A DNA stretch of 57,606 nucleotides. It comes from Channa argus (taxonomy: Eukaryota). The notes beneath the pieces were generated by a model. The model was not told the origin of the DNA. It saw nothing but the letters and a program-made list of their open reading frames with translations, and made no database searches. The position numbers were made by a program, and so were the translations under genes. Location: the NCBI RefSeq assembly GCF_033026475.1, contig NC_090210.1, positions 20,187,894 through 20,245,499 on the forward strand, given 5' to 3'. Numbering within the stretch: position 1 is the stretch's first letter; each line of letters opens with the position of its first letter. Shown in pieces: positions 25,975-38,460 of this stretch.

Positions 25975-26450
25975 CGGTCCATTCTTCTTTACAGTGTCGC
26001 TTCAGTTCATTGAGGTTTTTCTGCATTCACTAATGCACAGCTCTCTGAAGGTCCCACCACAGCATTTCAATTCTAATGATTTACCGATGTGCTTCCGATC
26101 ATTGTCCTGTTGAATGACACAATTTCGACCGAGCTTCCACTGTGGGACAGATGGCCTCACATTTGCCTCTAAAATACTGGGGTGCCCCAATAGTATTGGG
26201 GGTTTCTGCTGAAATCCTGTTTGATTTTTAACCAAACTTGGCACTGGGCATTAAGACCACTCAACTTCCCTTTGGTCTCATCTGTCCACAGGACATTGTT
26301 CCAGAAGACCTGTGGTTTGTTTAGGTTCAGTTTTGCAAACCTTTCTCCTGGCAACTGTTCCAAACAATTGCGCTTGTTCCTCCTTCTAATTGTGCTGTCA
26401 TGTACTTTAACATTTAACAAGCTCAGTGAGGCCTGTAGGCTCTGAGATGG
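25975..26450 (-). mobile_element. Degenerate Tc1/mariner-family transposase remnant
   Basis: Minus ORFs 26169..26420 (…NVLWTDETKGKLSGLNAQCQVW…) and 26002..26244 (…CVIQQDNDRKHIGKS…) resemble Tc1 transposase motifs (WSDETK…, FQQDNDPKHTSK) with frame disruptions. Confidence 0.6.
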
Positions 26451-28618
26451 AGCTCTGTTTTTTTATTTATTTATTTATTTAGCATTTCTCTCTGTGCTGT
26501 TCTGTCTTACATTGGTTTGAATGTACTGGTACATCCACTTCTGGGAAGATTGGCAACTGTCTGGAATGCGTGTGAATAATCTTTCTCACTGTAGAACATT
26601 AACTCCACATAATTAGGAAATAATTCGATAAATCCTATGGAAGCGGTAAGGACTTAGAATTGCCCACAAATTGTTTTTCTTTTGGATTAATTTATCCTAA
26701 ATAAATAATGACACAGTGAAAGCAACTATATGACCTGCTAATCGGATGATTTGTTTTTACACCAAAAAAATCCCCTAAAACAAAAGTGGCAGTGCTAACT
26801 TTTGCACGTCACCGATTACTCCATCTACTTTTATTTTGATACTGAATTTTTATATTTCAGCTTTTTATTTCCCCACTTTTTTTGAAGAACCTGAAGTTTC
26901 AGGTTACTTACTTTCAGGTTACTCAGATACTTAGAAACTTGTTTCTCTTTTCATTTTTTTAACAACCATGATTTAAAAACACGTAGGATGAATTTTTACA
27001 ACTGAAATAAATATTAAAGTGAAAAAACTGTCATAAAAGACAAACTAGGCTCTATTATTATGCTACATGGAACGTTGTGAGGGGGGGACCGTCCGTCTGT
27101 CGTTGAGCCGTCTCTTATCACTCAAGAGTTGTTCCTTATTCAGATCTTAAAGGTGAAAGAATAGAAATATATTAAAGTTTAAACAGACTGAAAAATGTTG
27201 ATCCTCCCGAATTTGTGATCATTTGCAAAAGACATTATTCTACATTTTTGTATAATATAATCTTTTTCTCTTGATGTGCCCAAGACTCAAGGCTTTCTTT
27301 TAAAGGGTTACAAGGTTAATACATTTGAGAACCAGTGGTTTAGATGATACATATGAAGACACGTTTCTGTTTGCAAACAGCCATTCATGCATCCAAAGAT
27401 CTTCCTCTTAGTGATTTAGGTGTTCCTAATAAAGTGGTCCCAGTTTAAAATTATATATCCACTTTATTATCAGAGCACCGTACATAATTATTCCTTTTCT
27501 CTAAGCAGGAAGTAGCATCTCCCTGCACATTCGGTGGATGATTCCTTATTGTAACAAGAAGAAATTACTGTTTGATAAAGGCTGACGTGCTGCCAACCCG
27601 GTTTGTTTCCTATTTTTGTGTAAAATGCTGTAAAAGACAATATGGAAAAAAGCCGTTTATTTCATCATCAAGGCATCACAATTAGTAATTCATCCAGCCA
27701 TTAAATGAACACTCATCCACAAAATTAAAACCTTGTGTGTTTTGTCACAATTTTCAGAATTAAAACAAACTTTGTGGAAAACCTAAAAGAGTGCACAACC
27801 AGTACCAGCAAATTTTCAATGTCAAAACATAGGATTTTCTCACTGGATTTGAAAACAGTGGCAGCTGATCGATACGGATTGATTATCAGCAATGCCACAC
27901 TTGTATGTTTGGAAACTTATCCTCCACACAAATATCCCAATATGTGAACTTACAGTGGGTTTACACATTCAGAAAAAACCTAATGTGTAACTATTTATAT
28001 TGGGATTGAATTTTATAAATATTTTTGATGAGAATTTTTTAATTTAATTCCCTAGATATTTATCCACTTTTCAAGACCTTCACCACATATTTTCAGATTC
28101 TGCAAAACCTTAAATTTATATTTTACTACTCAAAAAAGTGGTCTCTTATCATTAGAGCTGAGTGATAAGTTAACTTCATTAGAGAAGACAGCTACAGTAT
28201 TGCACAAACACAGCAATTCTCACACACACCTGTACTTAATTGATCATAAACACTGAATCACAGTCAGATGTTCGCACGCACACGCACACACACAGTTCAA
28301 TGCTTAGTGCCGATGACACAGTAAACAAAACATTCTCTTACAATAAAAAGGGAAAAACAATAACCTAAAACAAATGAAATATAGACATCTTTTCACTGGC
28401 AGGGCCTGCTGGTGCCTGACCAGTGTTTTCAGACCCTGATGAGTCCAGATCCATCCAGGTCAATCCAGTCTGGTCCAGTCATCATGTCACACCTCACCTG
28501 AGTGAGTCCGTAAACATGGAGTGATCATCCAAAAACCCTTCTGCTGCTCTGACTAACCTGTCTGTGTACCTACTCATTGTGTGTTCTAAAGAAAAGACCC
28601 TGTCCATGTATGGTTCGG

Positions 28619-28655
28619 ATAAAAGAAGAAGAAGAAGTAGTAGTAGTAGTAGTGG
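28619..28655. repeat. (AAG)n(AGT)n trinucleotide repeat in ncstn 3'UTR region
   Basis: aagaagaagaagaagtagtagtagtagtagtgg. Confidence 0.9.
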
Positions 28656-28684
28656 TTGTTGGCTTGCAGGGTCCTCAATGTGGT

Positions 28685-28807
28685 TTAGTAGGTGGCACTG
28701 GTGGGCTCCCTCCCTGAGCTGAAGAGTATGTCGGCCTTCGAGCTGATGAAATATGTTAGCAGGAAGGAAGTTAGCAGCACGCCAACACCCACGCCGAGCG
28801 TTAACAT
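28685..28807 (-). CDS. ncstn: Nicastrin last exon, TM and tail MLTLGVGVGVLLTSFLLTYFISSKADILFSSGREPTSATY*
   Basis: Acceptor cttctag|ATG, stop TAA 28685-28687. Matches human NCSTN C-term [39 protein letters not shown]. Confidence 0.85.
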   Translation of the reverse strand: MLTLGVGVGVLLTSFLLTYFISSKADILFSSGREPTSATY

Positions 28808-29860
28808 CTAGAAGAAGAGAAGGGAGATTTAGCTCCATGTAGAACGCCTGCACATTATCAATGACCATCGAACCTACAAACAAACAAAAAAAACGAATAC
28901 ATCCAGCCACCGGTGCTAATACACACTTTTTTCCACTTCAGACAGTTGGCAATTAACGTGGCATCATAAGTAGTTATAAAGACAAGACATAAACACAAGC
29001 AGCGCAACCAACTACGCTGACACTAACTTGCTGAAAGCAATAACATGTTTATGTTTATACCAGAGGAGCAATATACATTGTACACGCAGGTTTCAAACGA
29101 TTCTTTAACTGCTACACCTATTAGTTTCATTTCTTTTTAATGTGATGTGGTGAGAAACTTGTTGAGGCTTGAGCTATTATAAATATAGGTAATCCATCAC
29201 TGTCAACATGAGCCAGCTAAGAAATGCTTTCCAAGGTAGAACTAACAGAACGTGTTACACAGACGACAAATAAAACTAATTTTGCCCTGTGATATATCAG
29301 GAATCAGGAATAATAAAAAAAACATAGATACTGTGAAAAGTATCTAGTAAGTATTTGTATGTTTCACATTTAAATGTTGTTAGTTCTAACAGATAACTTT
29401 ACAGTCCCTGCATTCAACAAATACTGCTTTTTGATAGAAAGTCAAACAGGAGATGTTGATAAAGTGTTTCTCAACTCTGCAAGTTCAATTTCATACCCTG
29501 TTAATATGTCCAACAAAAACCCCAAAATGCTTAAGAAAATAAAAACTAACCAACAGTTTGGTTTCTTAATAACCAAACAATCTGTCTGGACAACTATCAG
29601 CTTCCCTCGATATATAACTAATACATCAGTGCTTGGTTTTGATGGCCTACTTTATGTTCCAGGCCTCACCATGATTATTTTCTCTATACACCCACATAAC
29701 ATTGGTTTGTCTTTACAACATATCATTAAAGTCATAACCTACAGTATGTGAATTAATTATAATCCATTATGATAGAAAAATAACAACAAATTGCAAATTG
29801 TGGCTCTTTACATAAATCTTTGTACCGTGTTTGACACTGATGAGCGAAGTGTAGACTTAC

Positions 29861-30073
29861 CTCCAGATCATGACTGGCAACCAAAAAAATGCGTCCTTTG
29901 ATGCTTTTCCACCTGGACTCTGTCCACGTTGAGTAATCTGTGGAGGTGTACTGTCGCAGGTCAAAGGCTGGGGACAGGGCTTTGGATTGACGAACTGTGG
30001 AGCGGACGCATAAACCCTCCTTTTGTGTACCGTTGGAAGGTGCCACACCCTGAACCCACGTGTAAAAGTACAA
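29861..30073 (-). CDS. ncstn: Nicastrin exon LYFYTWVQG...[25 protein letters not shown]
   Basis: ORF 29753..30073(-). Acceptor ttcctcag|TTG, donor GAG|gtaagt. Confidence 0.85.
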
Positions 30074-30581
30074 CTGAGGAAGGGGGAAGGATGGATCACA
30101 GGGTGATGGAGGGGGGAGAGAAATACACTGTTATTTAGGAATGAGTGGGAAGTGTGTCAACCAAGTGCTAATAGATGGAAATGCTCATGATGTATTTATA
30201 TTCTGTCAAAAACATATTAGCCATTTTATGTGCACTTTTATCTTGTTGGTGTCACTTTGTCTTCAGTCATATTTCATGTCATCCCCCAACCTTTCTCTGC
30301 ACTGCTGAGTTTAAATCTAGTTGATAACATTTACACACTTTAAATTAGTAAATTGTAATTAATCAGATACTGACTGAAAACTTCCAGTGTCTTGAATATG
30401 AATGATTTTCTTGTAAACTGAAAAAAACATTAGTTAATAAAATAACAACTCACCAAAGGTTATTTAAAGACCTTAAATATTGTACAGATTTTCAAATTAG
30501 ACTAGTCTTGCTATCATATAATTTCTCTCAGAGAAAACCAAATGAAATGGAAACAAAAGTCAGAGAGTCCACGCGTCTTAC

Positions 30582-30745
30582 ATGTTTGCTCTCTTTGTCG
30601 TCCTCATCCTCTCTCTGGTTCTTACAATTGCTCTGGGTGACGTTGACAATGCTGCCTGTCAGATTAGCCAGAAGGTGCTGGACCAGAAAACTCGATTCAC
30701 TCGGCTGTTGGTACACACCGACGTAGAAGTTTGTGGGCCTGTCAG
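30582..30745 (-). CDS. ncstn: Nicastrin exon (T)DRPTNFYVGVYQQ...LLANLTGSIVNVTQSNCKNQREDEDDKESKH
   Basis: ORF 30528..30851(-). Acceptor tctctcag|CT, donor CAT|gtaaga. Confidence 0.8.
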
Positions 30746-30991
30746 CTGAGAGACAGAAGACGGAAGAATTTCGTTTTGTTTTAGAGGATTTAGCTGTGTC
30801 AGTCAGCATAACATTTTTTTTAATAAACACAAACAGGAGTAAAAGACCCAAAGCACAATAGTGACAATCATAAATTCTCCAGAAATATCAAACTGATACA
30901 AAAAGGGCATCATCTGTCTATCAGCAATGACTATTTTCCAACACTTTAATATGAGTTTACTTAAAATGTTTAGTTTTTTCGCTCAACTTAC

Positions 30992-31079
30992 TCAGGTGAG
31001 TGACAAATTCTGAAGGGATAAGTTGCTTGATCCATGAGTTATTTGACCGAACAAGGAAACTATACAACATCTGGGTTAC
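30992..31079 (-). CDS. ncstn: Nicastrin exon VTQMLYSFLVRSNNSWIKQLIPSEFVTHL
   Basis: Acceptor ctctcag|GTA ACC, donor CTG A|gtaagt. Matches human [21 protein letters not shown]. Confidence 0.75.
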
Positions 31080-31470
31080 CTGAGAGAGAGAAAACAAAAA
31101 CACGTTTCTGTGTCAGTTCTGCAAGATTAGAAATACATTTAGGTAAAATGCTTCTGTTTTTGATAAAATAGCTGTATCAGATATTTATTTAATAGCACAT
31201 TTCAAATTATTGACGTACAAATAATAAATCATCAAAGTATTAGAACCAGTGAAATTATTTAAAATAAAATAAACTCCAGCAGGTGAGAGTCTAGACTACA
31301 ATTAGATCAGGGATGTAAAGGACAGAGTGAAGGATAGAGGGGCTTAGTCAGTCAAAAGAAAAGGGGGAGTTGGGATAGTGCAAATATACTTTATATAGGA
31401 ACAGTGGGCTTGTAAATAAGAAAGCTAGAGAGCATTTATTTACTCCGTAAATAAAGTCAAACAGTCTTAC

Positions 31471-31569
31471 TAGTTTAGCGTCTGCAGTGATGCTGCTCAG
31501 ATGGCTTTCGGTTCCTCCTGCCTGTGTGTACAGAGTCCTGGCCACCATGGTTGCCACTTCAGTCAGACT
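31471..31569 (-). CDS. ncstn: Nicastrin exon SLTEVATMVARTLYTQAGGTESHLSSITADAKL
   Basis: ORF 31348..31557(-). Acceptor gttatag|AGT, donor CTA|gtaaga. Confidence 0.75.
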
Positions 31570-31897
31570 CTATAACATGTATGAAGAGCACAACTTTCTA
31601 ACAGTAGCCTAAACAATAGCACCTCAGAGATTACTTTAATACTGCAAGTTGGGTTTTCACTTTGAAAAAAACTCTCAGACTACTGACTATAGTTTGAAAA
31701 CAGTGAGAACAGCTTAGATTGCAACTTCCAAACAGATGTTTAAAACGAAATTTTCATCTGAAAAGTATCATGATCCTGAAATAACTCTCTCTTTATTCAA
31801 GAGCACACAACTACGATTGAAACAGCTCAGGAAATGCTTCTGCAAAAATTCCAAAACTGCGTGAAGCCAAAGTTGTTAACTGACTTTGCCAACTTAC

Positions 31898-32000
31898 CTT
31901 TGCAGTATCAGTGACATATTCTAGCTGCTCCTCTGGCGTCATGTTTGGTGGATAAGATATGTTCAGGTATTCTGCATTATCATACATGCTCTGATAAAAC
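31898..32000 (-). CDS. ncstn: Nicastrin exon (R)[34 protein letters not shown]
   Basis: ORF 31811..32044(-). Acceptor ttgtgcag|G TTT, donor AAG|gtaagt. Confidence 0.8.
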
Positions 32001-32110
32001 CTGCACAAGGAAGAGAGAAATACTATATCAGTTTCTTTATACAATAGACTGAACCATCATGATGGATAATTACAGCGTCCAGCTCCGTAGGTCAATAAAC
32101 CCCGAATCAC

Positions 32111-32280
32111 CTGTTGGTGAAAGTAGAGCGGTGATCGTCGATGACAATTCCGGGAATTGGTCGAGCTCGCAGGAAACGCTGAAAGGATGAGGGTGGGAGT
32201 GGTTGAGAGAAACCAGGCTCATCCACGGTCACATTTAAACCTGTGGCAGCTGTGTGCAAGTTTCTGAGGAGCTTATTCAC
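32111..32280 (-). CDS. ncstn: Nicastrin exon VNKLLRNLHTAATGLNVTVDEPGFSQPLPPSSFQRFLRARPIPGIVIDDHRSTFTN(R)
   Basis: Acceptor ttgtaacag|GTG, donor AAC AG|gtgatt. Matches human ...[25 protein letters not shown]... Confidence 0.8.
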
Positions 32281-32587
32281 CTGTTACAAACAAGAAGAAT
32301 GTTATTCTTGGCAAATTTTATAAAATTTTGTTGAGCCGTAGTGCTTAAGGATATTTCACAAATGAACCTTGTCAGTTCCTGTTTCTGTCTGAATACTTGC
32401 TTTACTACGGATCTTATGAGAAACAAAACCTATTTTCTATCAAATTTATTTTAATTTAAATGTTATTCTATTATTGTAATTGCATAAATGTATTTTCCTT
32501 TTTTCTCCAGAAGCAATTGTGCATAAGTTCCTGTGGTGGTAGAGCAGTGCTGAATGAGAAGAACAGAATCTTTAAGCAGATACAAAC

Positions 32588-32665
32588 CTCTTCGTTGACA
32601 CTGTTGTTCCTCCTCGACACAGGATCAGAGTGAAGCCACAAAGTTGTGTTAGAACGAAGTCCCAC
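32588..32665 (-). CDS. ncstn: Nicastrin exon VGLRSNTTLWLHSDPVSRRNNSVNEE
   Basis: ORF 32471..32665(-). Acceptor cactatag|GTG, donor GAG|gtttgt. Confidence 0.8.
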
Positions 32666-32954
32666 CTATAGTGAAAAAAAAAATTCAACAATCTGATAAT
32701 GACATAATGATAACTACAAATAATTTACACCTACTGCAAAATTTACAGTGACATTACAGTAATAAAGGCCAAGCACGTGTCATTTACCATTACCGATACA
32801 AGACACAGCTACAACTACACTGACAATGCGTTTAAGGTTCTAAGGTCATTAGGTCACTTAATTTAATGAATATTTTTATCAGGACTAAGTATTTTTGGTA
32901 CACACTGAAATTTTTTATGTACAAATACACAACATGTTAAAGGAAAATACACAC

Positions 32955-33059
32955 CTGTCCAATCTCCAGTACTGAGTGAACATTGTCCAGGTCCACTGCA
33001 AACTGATTGTTCTCCATATCGTACACCATCCTCGAACTGCCGATGTAGTCAAAGGTTTC
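32955..33059 (-). CDS. ncstn: Nicastrin exon [35 protein letters not shown]
   Basis: Acceptor tccctag|GAA ACC, donor CAG|gtgtgt. Matches human [20 protein letters not shown]... Confidence 0.85.
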
Positions 33060-33184
33060 CTAGGGACAAAAGAGTCAAACATGTCTCAAACCAAACGGTT
33101 AGGTGTGGTAGTACACTTAAAACAAAAAAAAACAATATATCATTTTGATTAGTGAAGCATACACTTGATGTGTAAACAACTGAC

Positions 33185-33337
33185 CCCTTGAAAAAAGGCG
33201 TAGATGATGGTGCGGTTAGGTTGGGCCTCCTGTGTGACGTTACGGAGAGCGTGAGCAGCTGCAAGCAGAGTGATGAAGCCTGAGGCGCTGCTCTCTGCTC
33301 CTGGAGCGATGTCAAAGAAGAAGGACCTGCTGTCCAA
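33185..33337 (-). CDS. ncstn: Nicastrin exon LDSRSFFFDIAPGAESSASGFITLLAAAHALRNVTQEAQPNRTIIYAFFQG
   Basis: ORF 33149..33394(-). Acceptor ctctgcag|TTG, donor GGG|gtcagt. Confidence 0.85.
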
Positions 33338-34043
33338 CTGCAGAGGAGAGAGTTCAAGACACGTGTTTCGACTATAGCAATGTTTTCTGTGCACTGTAGA
33401 ACAATTCCGTTCTATCTTAATCTTGTTGTAAATGTTACCCGATCATTAAGTTAATAAAATGTACGATAATGGTCAAAAATGCCTTTGGAAATGTTCTAAA
33501 CACCTTAGATTTGAGATTTGTGACCCACAGTCTAAAACTTAAAGACACCCATGTTTGGAAAACATGTTTTATTTTAAAATGCACATCTGAGCAGAGGCCA
33601 GCATGACACACACATGCACGTGTTGCCAACAAGTTTTGGTTTGGCCCCACGGAGACCTGATCTGTGTCAGTGTGGTATTACATGAAGAGGCACAAGATAA
33701 AGAGACCAAATGTAGTACTGCTTGTGCAGAGCGATGAAAAAAAAAGGGCTCCCGCGCCCCAGTCACGTCTATTTACTTGTTTGTTGTTACAGCTCTTGCT
33801 TGTTTCGAAATATTTGCACAGGAACAATAGTACAACACTGACTGTAAGATGAATGCAGACCTTAGTTTGGACATTTATACTGGAACATTTACGAAGTGAA
33901 TGACATCACTGCAGATAATGGCTTTAGAAAGCCGCATGCTAATATGGAACACATGTGGTTCTGTGTGAACGGTTGATACAGGCCTATTGTATTACTTTTA
34001 CTTGCGCTTATGAGAAGATGGAGAACTCTTCTGGGCTACACAC

Positions 34044-34156
34044 CTTTGCTGCTGCAATGACCACACTCTCCCACATCTTGTGGCCTTTGGCTGTGTTGTT
34101 AAGAGGCCTGGTGGAGGCCCAAATATTTACATCCCCCAGTGGGTCACATACCATAT
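34044..34156 (-). CDS. ncstn: Nicastrin exon (D)MVCDPLGDVNIWASTRPLNNTAKGHKMWESVVIAAAK, divergent segment
   Basis: Acceptor ccttttag|AT ATG, donor AAG|gtgtgt. IVCDPLSDYNVW conserved, remainder weakly conserved, phase-consistent. Confidence 0.6.
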
Positions 34157-34307
34157 CTAAAAGGAGACACGCACACATACACACACAAAAATGAAATGAG
34201 AAAACATAGCATAATCAGACTGTTATCTTGTATTCGATCTACTGCAACTTATATCACACCTTAAATAACTATTGATTAATCATATTTACTGATCACGTGT
34301 AAAATAC

Positions 34308-34452
34308 CTGGGCTGATGCTGTAGTTGATGTCATTTCTCCTCATGCAGGTGGCTGTGTCCGTGACAGCAGACATGTGGGAGTAGAGCTGCATGGCACACA
34401 GTGGATACTGAGGAGCACTTCCGTTCACAGGACGGTTATGGTCTAGGTAACA
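34308..34452 (-). CDS. ncstn: Nicastrin exon [48 protein letters not shown](G)
   Basis: ORF 34276..34494(-). Acceptor gttcacag|TGT, donor CCA G|gtattt. Confidence 0.85.
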
Positions 34453-34918
34453 CTGTGAACACAGAAATAGTTTACACATATGAAATCTATTCATGTGTAT
34501 GTCTGTTACAGAATCACAGAAACCACAGTAACATTTTAGTATTTCTTAAATAGCTGTCAGTCCTCCAAACAAGTTATAACGTATACAGCTGCATTCAGCT
34601 CATGGCTTAAGGACACACAGGCAGGTTTGGGCACATTTATACTACCTACCATATTTGGGATTAAATTTTTCACTTACACTGTGGCTCCTGTGTGTATCAA
34701 ACATAATACTCTCAGTTTGCAGATACAGTCAGTTCCCCTTATCTACCCTGACTTCTAACCATCAACAAAGTTCCAGTTTCAGTTCCAGTTTCAGTCTTAC
34801 AAAAATAAAAAGGAAAGCCTTGAAATTATTAGCAGTATTTGTATCCCAAAGACAGATGTTTTAGCAAAACACTAATGGTATTAACAGACAAAATAACATC
34901 TTATGGTTTCATATTTAC

Positions 34919-35064
34919 CTGGCGTATGACCCGAGTGTCATTGTCATCTTTCAGAGAGAAGATGGGAAAGTCAAACTCCTCATAGGACAAACCATTTCCC
35001 AGAGGGTTCCACATTGTCACATTACAATGGGCCATTGTTGGATCGTATTTCTCTGAATAAACAC
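34919..35064 (-). CDS. ncstn: Nicastrin exon (G)[48 protein letters not shown]
   Basis: ORF 34901..35134(-). Acceptor ctctcag|GT GTT, donor CAG|gtaaat. Confidence 0.85.
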
Positions 35065-35270
35065 CTGAGAGAAACACACAAAGAAAACAGCAGCACTTAC
35101 TCCAAAGGGTGCGGTCATGGAACGTGTATTGCATGAGGTTTTTTTAAAAGTCACGCAAATAAAGCTGTTCCCTCATTTTTAATAATAGCCCACATAAAAA
35201 GAAAAAAAATTAATTTCTATAAGTGGTGTGATACTGAAGAATAAGTCTTAGCATGTGAGACCACACCCAC

Positions 35271-35392
35271 CTGTGTTCTCGTTGGGACAGGCTGTGTGTG
35301 GGGAGAAGCCCTCAGCTGGGTTCGTGTTTGGCGCCACAACAGCGACGCCTGCCACCCTGCCAGAGCCGCTCTTCAACTTCATCATGATGGAT
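35271..35392 (-). CDS. ncstn: Nicastrin exon (R)SIMMKLKSGSGRVAGVAVVAPNTNPAEGFSPHTACPNENT(G)
   Basis: Acceptor ctcatcag|A TCC, donor ACA G|gtgggt. Matches human RDLMEKLKGRTSRIAGLAV... Confidence 0.75.
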
Positions 35393-35911
35393 CTGATGAG
35401 CCGACGGGAGGCACAGGACAGAGGAACCGATACAGGTACAAATACATGTCAGACATAGGTTTAACATGTGGTTCAGCTTTCTTTCCTCAGGCTTATACAG
35501 GTAGAGTTAGCTCAGTTACTCTCAGTTTATGACAGACTGGAGTTTACTGCCACATACTGATGTTTAAACTCAAACATCTAATATTATAGTTCAGAATTAC
35601 TAACCTATATAAGGTTTCAAAGAAACACCTATTCTCTATATTACATACTGTAGCACTAACTATTCCGTAAGTTCAATGTTTCAGTGGGTGGGCCTCCAGA
35701 AGTGAGACGATTATCTGTCATTATGGCTGTGTTTCAAATTACACCGTGTGAGAAGACACAGCTCCTTAATTTATTTCAACTGGGAAGTGCATTAAGGACA
35801 CCCAGGACTTGCACCAAAGGGGGCCGTGGGCGCAGCCACACAGTCGGTCTGAGCAGAGTCTTTAACAGATTGTACGTTATCCAGCTGCAGAGGTAGATGT
35901 GTTAACTGTAC

Positions 35912-36035
35912 CTGTTAAAGAGCGGGTACTCCAGAATAACCATATAGGGAGAATTGGGACCAGTGCGCAGGACCCAGTCCAGGTTGTCCTCCGACTCGAG
36001 CACATGGAGCACACCAACATTACCTGACAAAGAGG
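35912..36035 (-). CDS. ncstn: Nicastrin exon (S)SLSGNVGVLHVLESEDNLDWVLRTGPNSPYMVILEYPLFN(R)
   Basis: ORF 35902..36120(-). Acceptor ctcttttag|CC TCT, donor AAC AG|gtacag. Confidence 0.8.
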
Positions 36036-36479
36036 CTAAAAGAGGCAATGAAATATTAGGAAATATGCCACCAGCTATAACAATTTTATCAAATACATTT
36101 TTTAGAGCTGGTCTATCCATGTTTGTCCACCTCTTCTTTACTATGATGTTCTGGGATTAAACTTTTGGATGGAACACGGACAAGTGCACAGGTGTGGTTT
36201 TTGTGGAATGACAGCAGTTCATGCAACAAGCAGCTTGTTAATGAAAGAAAAATGCTTGTTTTATCCTCAACTTGACTGCGTTGATCCTTAGATTACAGCT
36301 GTCAAAACAACTGAACTACCTGAAGCAACCTTTCTGAAAACACGGGTTTTGGTAGACTGCATAATCCACTAAAAGACACACATATGGCTTGGGGACACAC
36401 AAAAGAACAAGTGTCCCAGATTCATCCTGGATACTTGTGATGAGCACTAAGCACTGCTTTAATGTGTTGCTTTACTTAC

Positions 36480-36581
36480 ATTGGCATCCTATTTGATGTG
36501 TTGCATTGAGCAGTCGCACACATGGGACAGTGTAATTGAGATTCACATAAATCTTCTTTTCCACTGAATTACAGCTGACAC
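36480..36581 (-). CDS. ncstn: Nicastrin exon (G)[33 protein letters not shown]
   Basis: Acceptor tcttgcag|GT GTC, donor CAA T|gtaagt. Matches human [30 protein letters not shown]. Confidence 0.8.
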
Positions 36582-38226
36582 CTGCAAGAGAAGAAATACT
36601 AAGAACTGCACAAGGAGCATTTTAACAGACTAATAAAAAATTCTTTATACAGACAGAAAACCAAATTTCTGCGAAATCATTGGTCATAAAAACTTAACAA
36701 AAGTTCAATCTTTTGAAACACACACTTCCAATTTTAATTGCAAACAAGTATAGGGACAATATGTCGAGATATGAACCTACATTTACGGTTCATAGATGAA
36801 TCCCTACTGACCAATAATGCTGTTACGCTGCTTTTTTTTCCTTGCTTGGCTTCTTAAAGAATCACTAATGAAGTCTTGTTTTCCTGTTCATACATTAAAC
36901 TTAAAATGAGTGTGATATAGATTAAGGAGAGGTTGCCTTTGAATCAACTAAACTGAGACTAAGCGCTGGTGAGAAAGTGAAATTACTCTGCAGGTCTGAC
37001 TTGAAAGATGATGATGCTCTTCTCTTATTATAAGATTGTTGTATTAAACCAAATGAATTGTGTGGTAAAATGCTAACTTAGACAAAATTACTCTGAGAGA
37101 GACTGTTCATGTTACTTTAAGTACATTTGTTTAAACCAGCTAGTCTTTACTCTAATGAAGAGTAAACAACGAAGGCCTGTTATTTTTAACAGTATTGCTG
37201 AGACTTATACTTAACAAAAAGATCTGAGTACATCTGCAAAAAATGTTTTTTTAGTGCAATTCCAAATGTTGGCCATCTTAACTGCTTCATAAATAGTTTG
37301 GCACTATTTTAGAAATATGGTGTATTCTTCCTCAGGTTTGATATGTTTGGTCCACAATAAACATTGTAATAAAGTCAATGAAATAGCCATGCATGCAAAA
37401 AAAAGGAAAACATATCCAATGTAAAGGAATTTTCAGAATTTCCTGCCGCTTTGTCCACGATATGATGTTTACTTGCATGTCAAAAGTATAAACGATATAG
37501 TTTTAAAAAGACTTGGAATCTTTTGGTCAGTCAGTGTTTCAAGGCAGATTTTTTTGTGTGTTTTTTGTTTTTTTCTATTAAAGCTTGGTTACTTGGTCCA
37601 CCCACATAATTTACTACAAAAAAAAAAAAAAAAAAAAGCTCAGAAAAGCGGCACAAACGTAAAATCTAAACTTGATCAAACTGCTACATTAGAAAGTCGT
37701 GGTGTGCCGAATTTGGCAAGAGTCGTTAACGATTTTAAAGTGGCTTCACTTGTGTTACGTGAGATTAGTGACAATCAAAATAGTCGTAAAATATAACATT
37801 AATATATCTTAGAGTTTAAGGTTAATTTGCTTAATACCTCCGGCGTCCGCAGCAGGGGAATCACGAGCAGTCACGCTGATGCGGAGTTGCTCATATGAGA
37901 AAGCCCCAATCTATGCCTACTTCAGCGAAAAGTAATACAAAAAATTTAGCAGATGGGCTTTTTTATTATTTATGAACCCTCTGTTGGTGTAAAGGTGTCA
38001 GGAATTGTTGCAACACCGAGCCCCACAGTAAATGTAGTACTTAAAAAAAACGCCATTTGACGTTAAAGGCAAACAGGGCAGCTCTTGCTAACGCTAACTA
38101 GCTTAGCTTTCGGGAGGCTCCGAGCACAAAGAAGTCATCCAGCTAACCGCCGGGGCAGAGACACCACCTCCGCACATTAACAGATACGTGTACACACACA
38201 TTCAACACTGCTAGAAAACCACTTAC

Positions 38227-38284
38227 CGACGAAAACCCAACAAACTAGCAAATTAATAATCAATTTGTTCGACAACATATCCAT
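38227..38284 (-). CDS. ncstn: Nicastrin first coding exon, signal peptide MDMLSNKLIINLLVCWVFV(G)
   Basis: ATG 38282-38284(-), hydrophobic leader, donor GTC G|gtaagt. Phase joins GT of next exon. Confidence 0.7.
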
Positions 38285-38460
38285 CTTCCTGGTTTGAAAA
38301 GCAGAAAAACACAACAGGAAGTGTTGACATGGAAAACGTCCGGGTTCCGCTTCTGATTCCGCTCCCCTGAAAATAGGACCGACTTCTGTTAAAATGGCAC
38401 CTCTGGGTCTTCGCAGCGGGCTTAGTTTTTTTTATTTTTCTTTATTATATATCTAAAACA
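38285..38460 (-). promoter_or_regulatory. ncstn: Putative ncstn 5'UTR and core promoter (ETS-like CAGGAAG/CCGGAA motifs), about 450 bp downstream of copa poly(A) signal
   Basis: Position relative to the ATG. cacttcctg and ccggaaccc motifs. Confidence 0.35.

Noticed and set aside
16700-28600. Search for an nhlh1-like bHLH gene (expected between vangl2 and ncstn by synteny)
   Set aside because: No ORF of 60 aa or more with a basic-HLH signature. Absence is compatible with what I believe about teleost gene content
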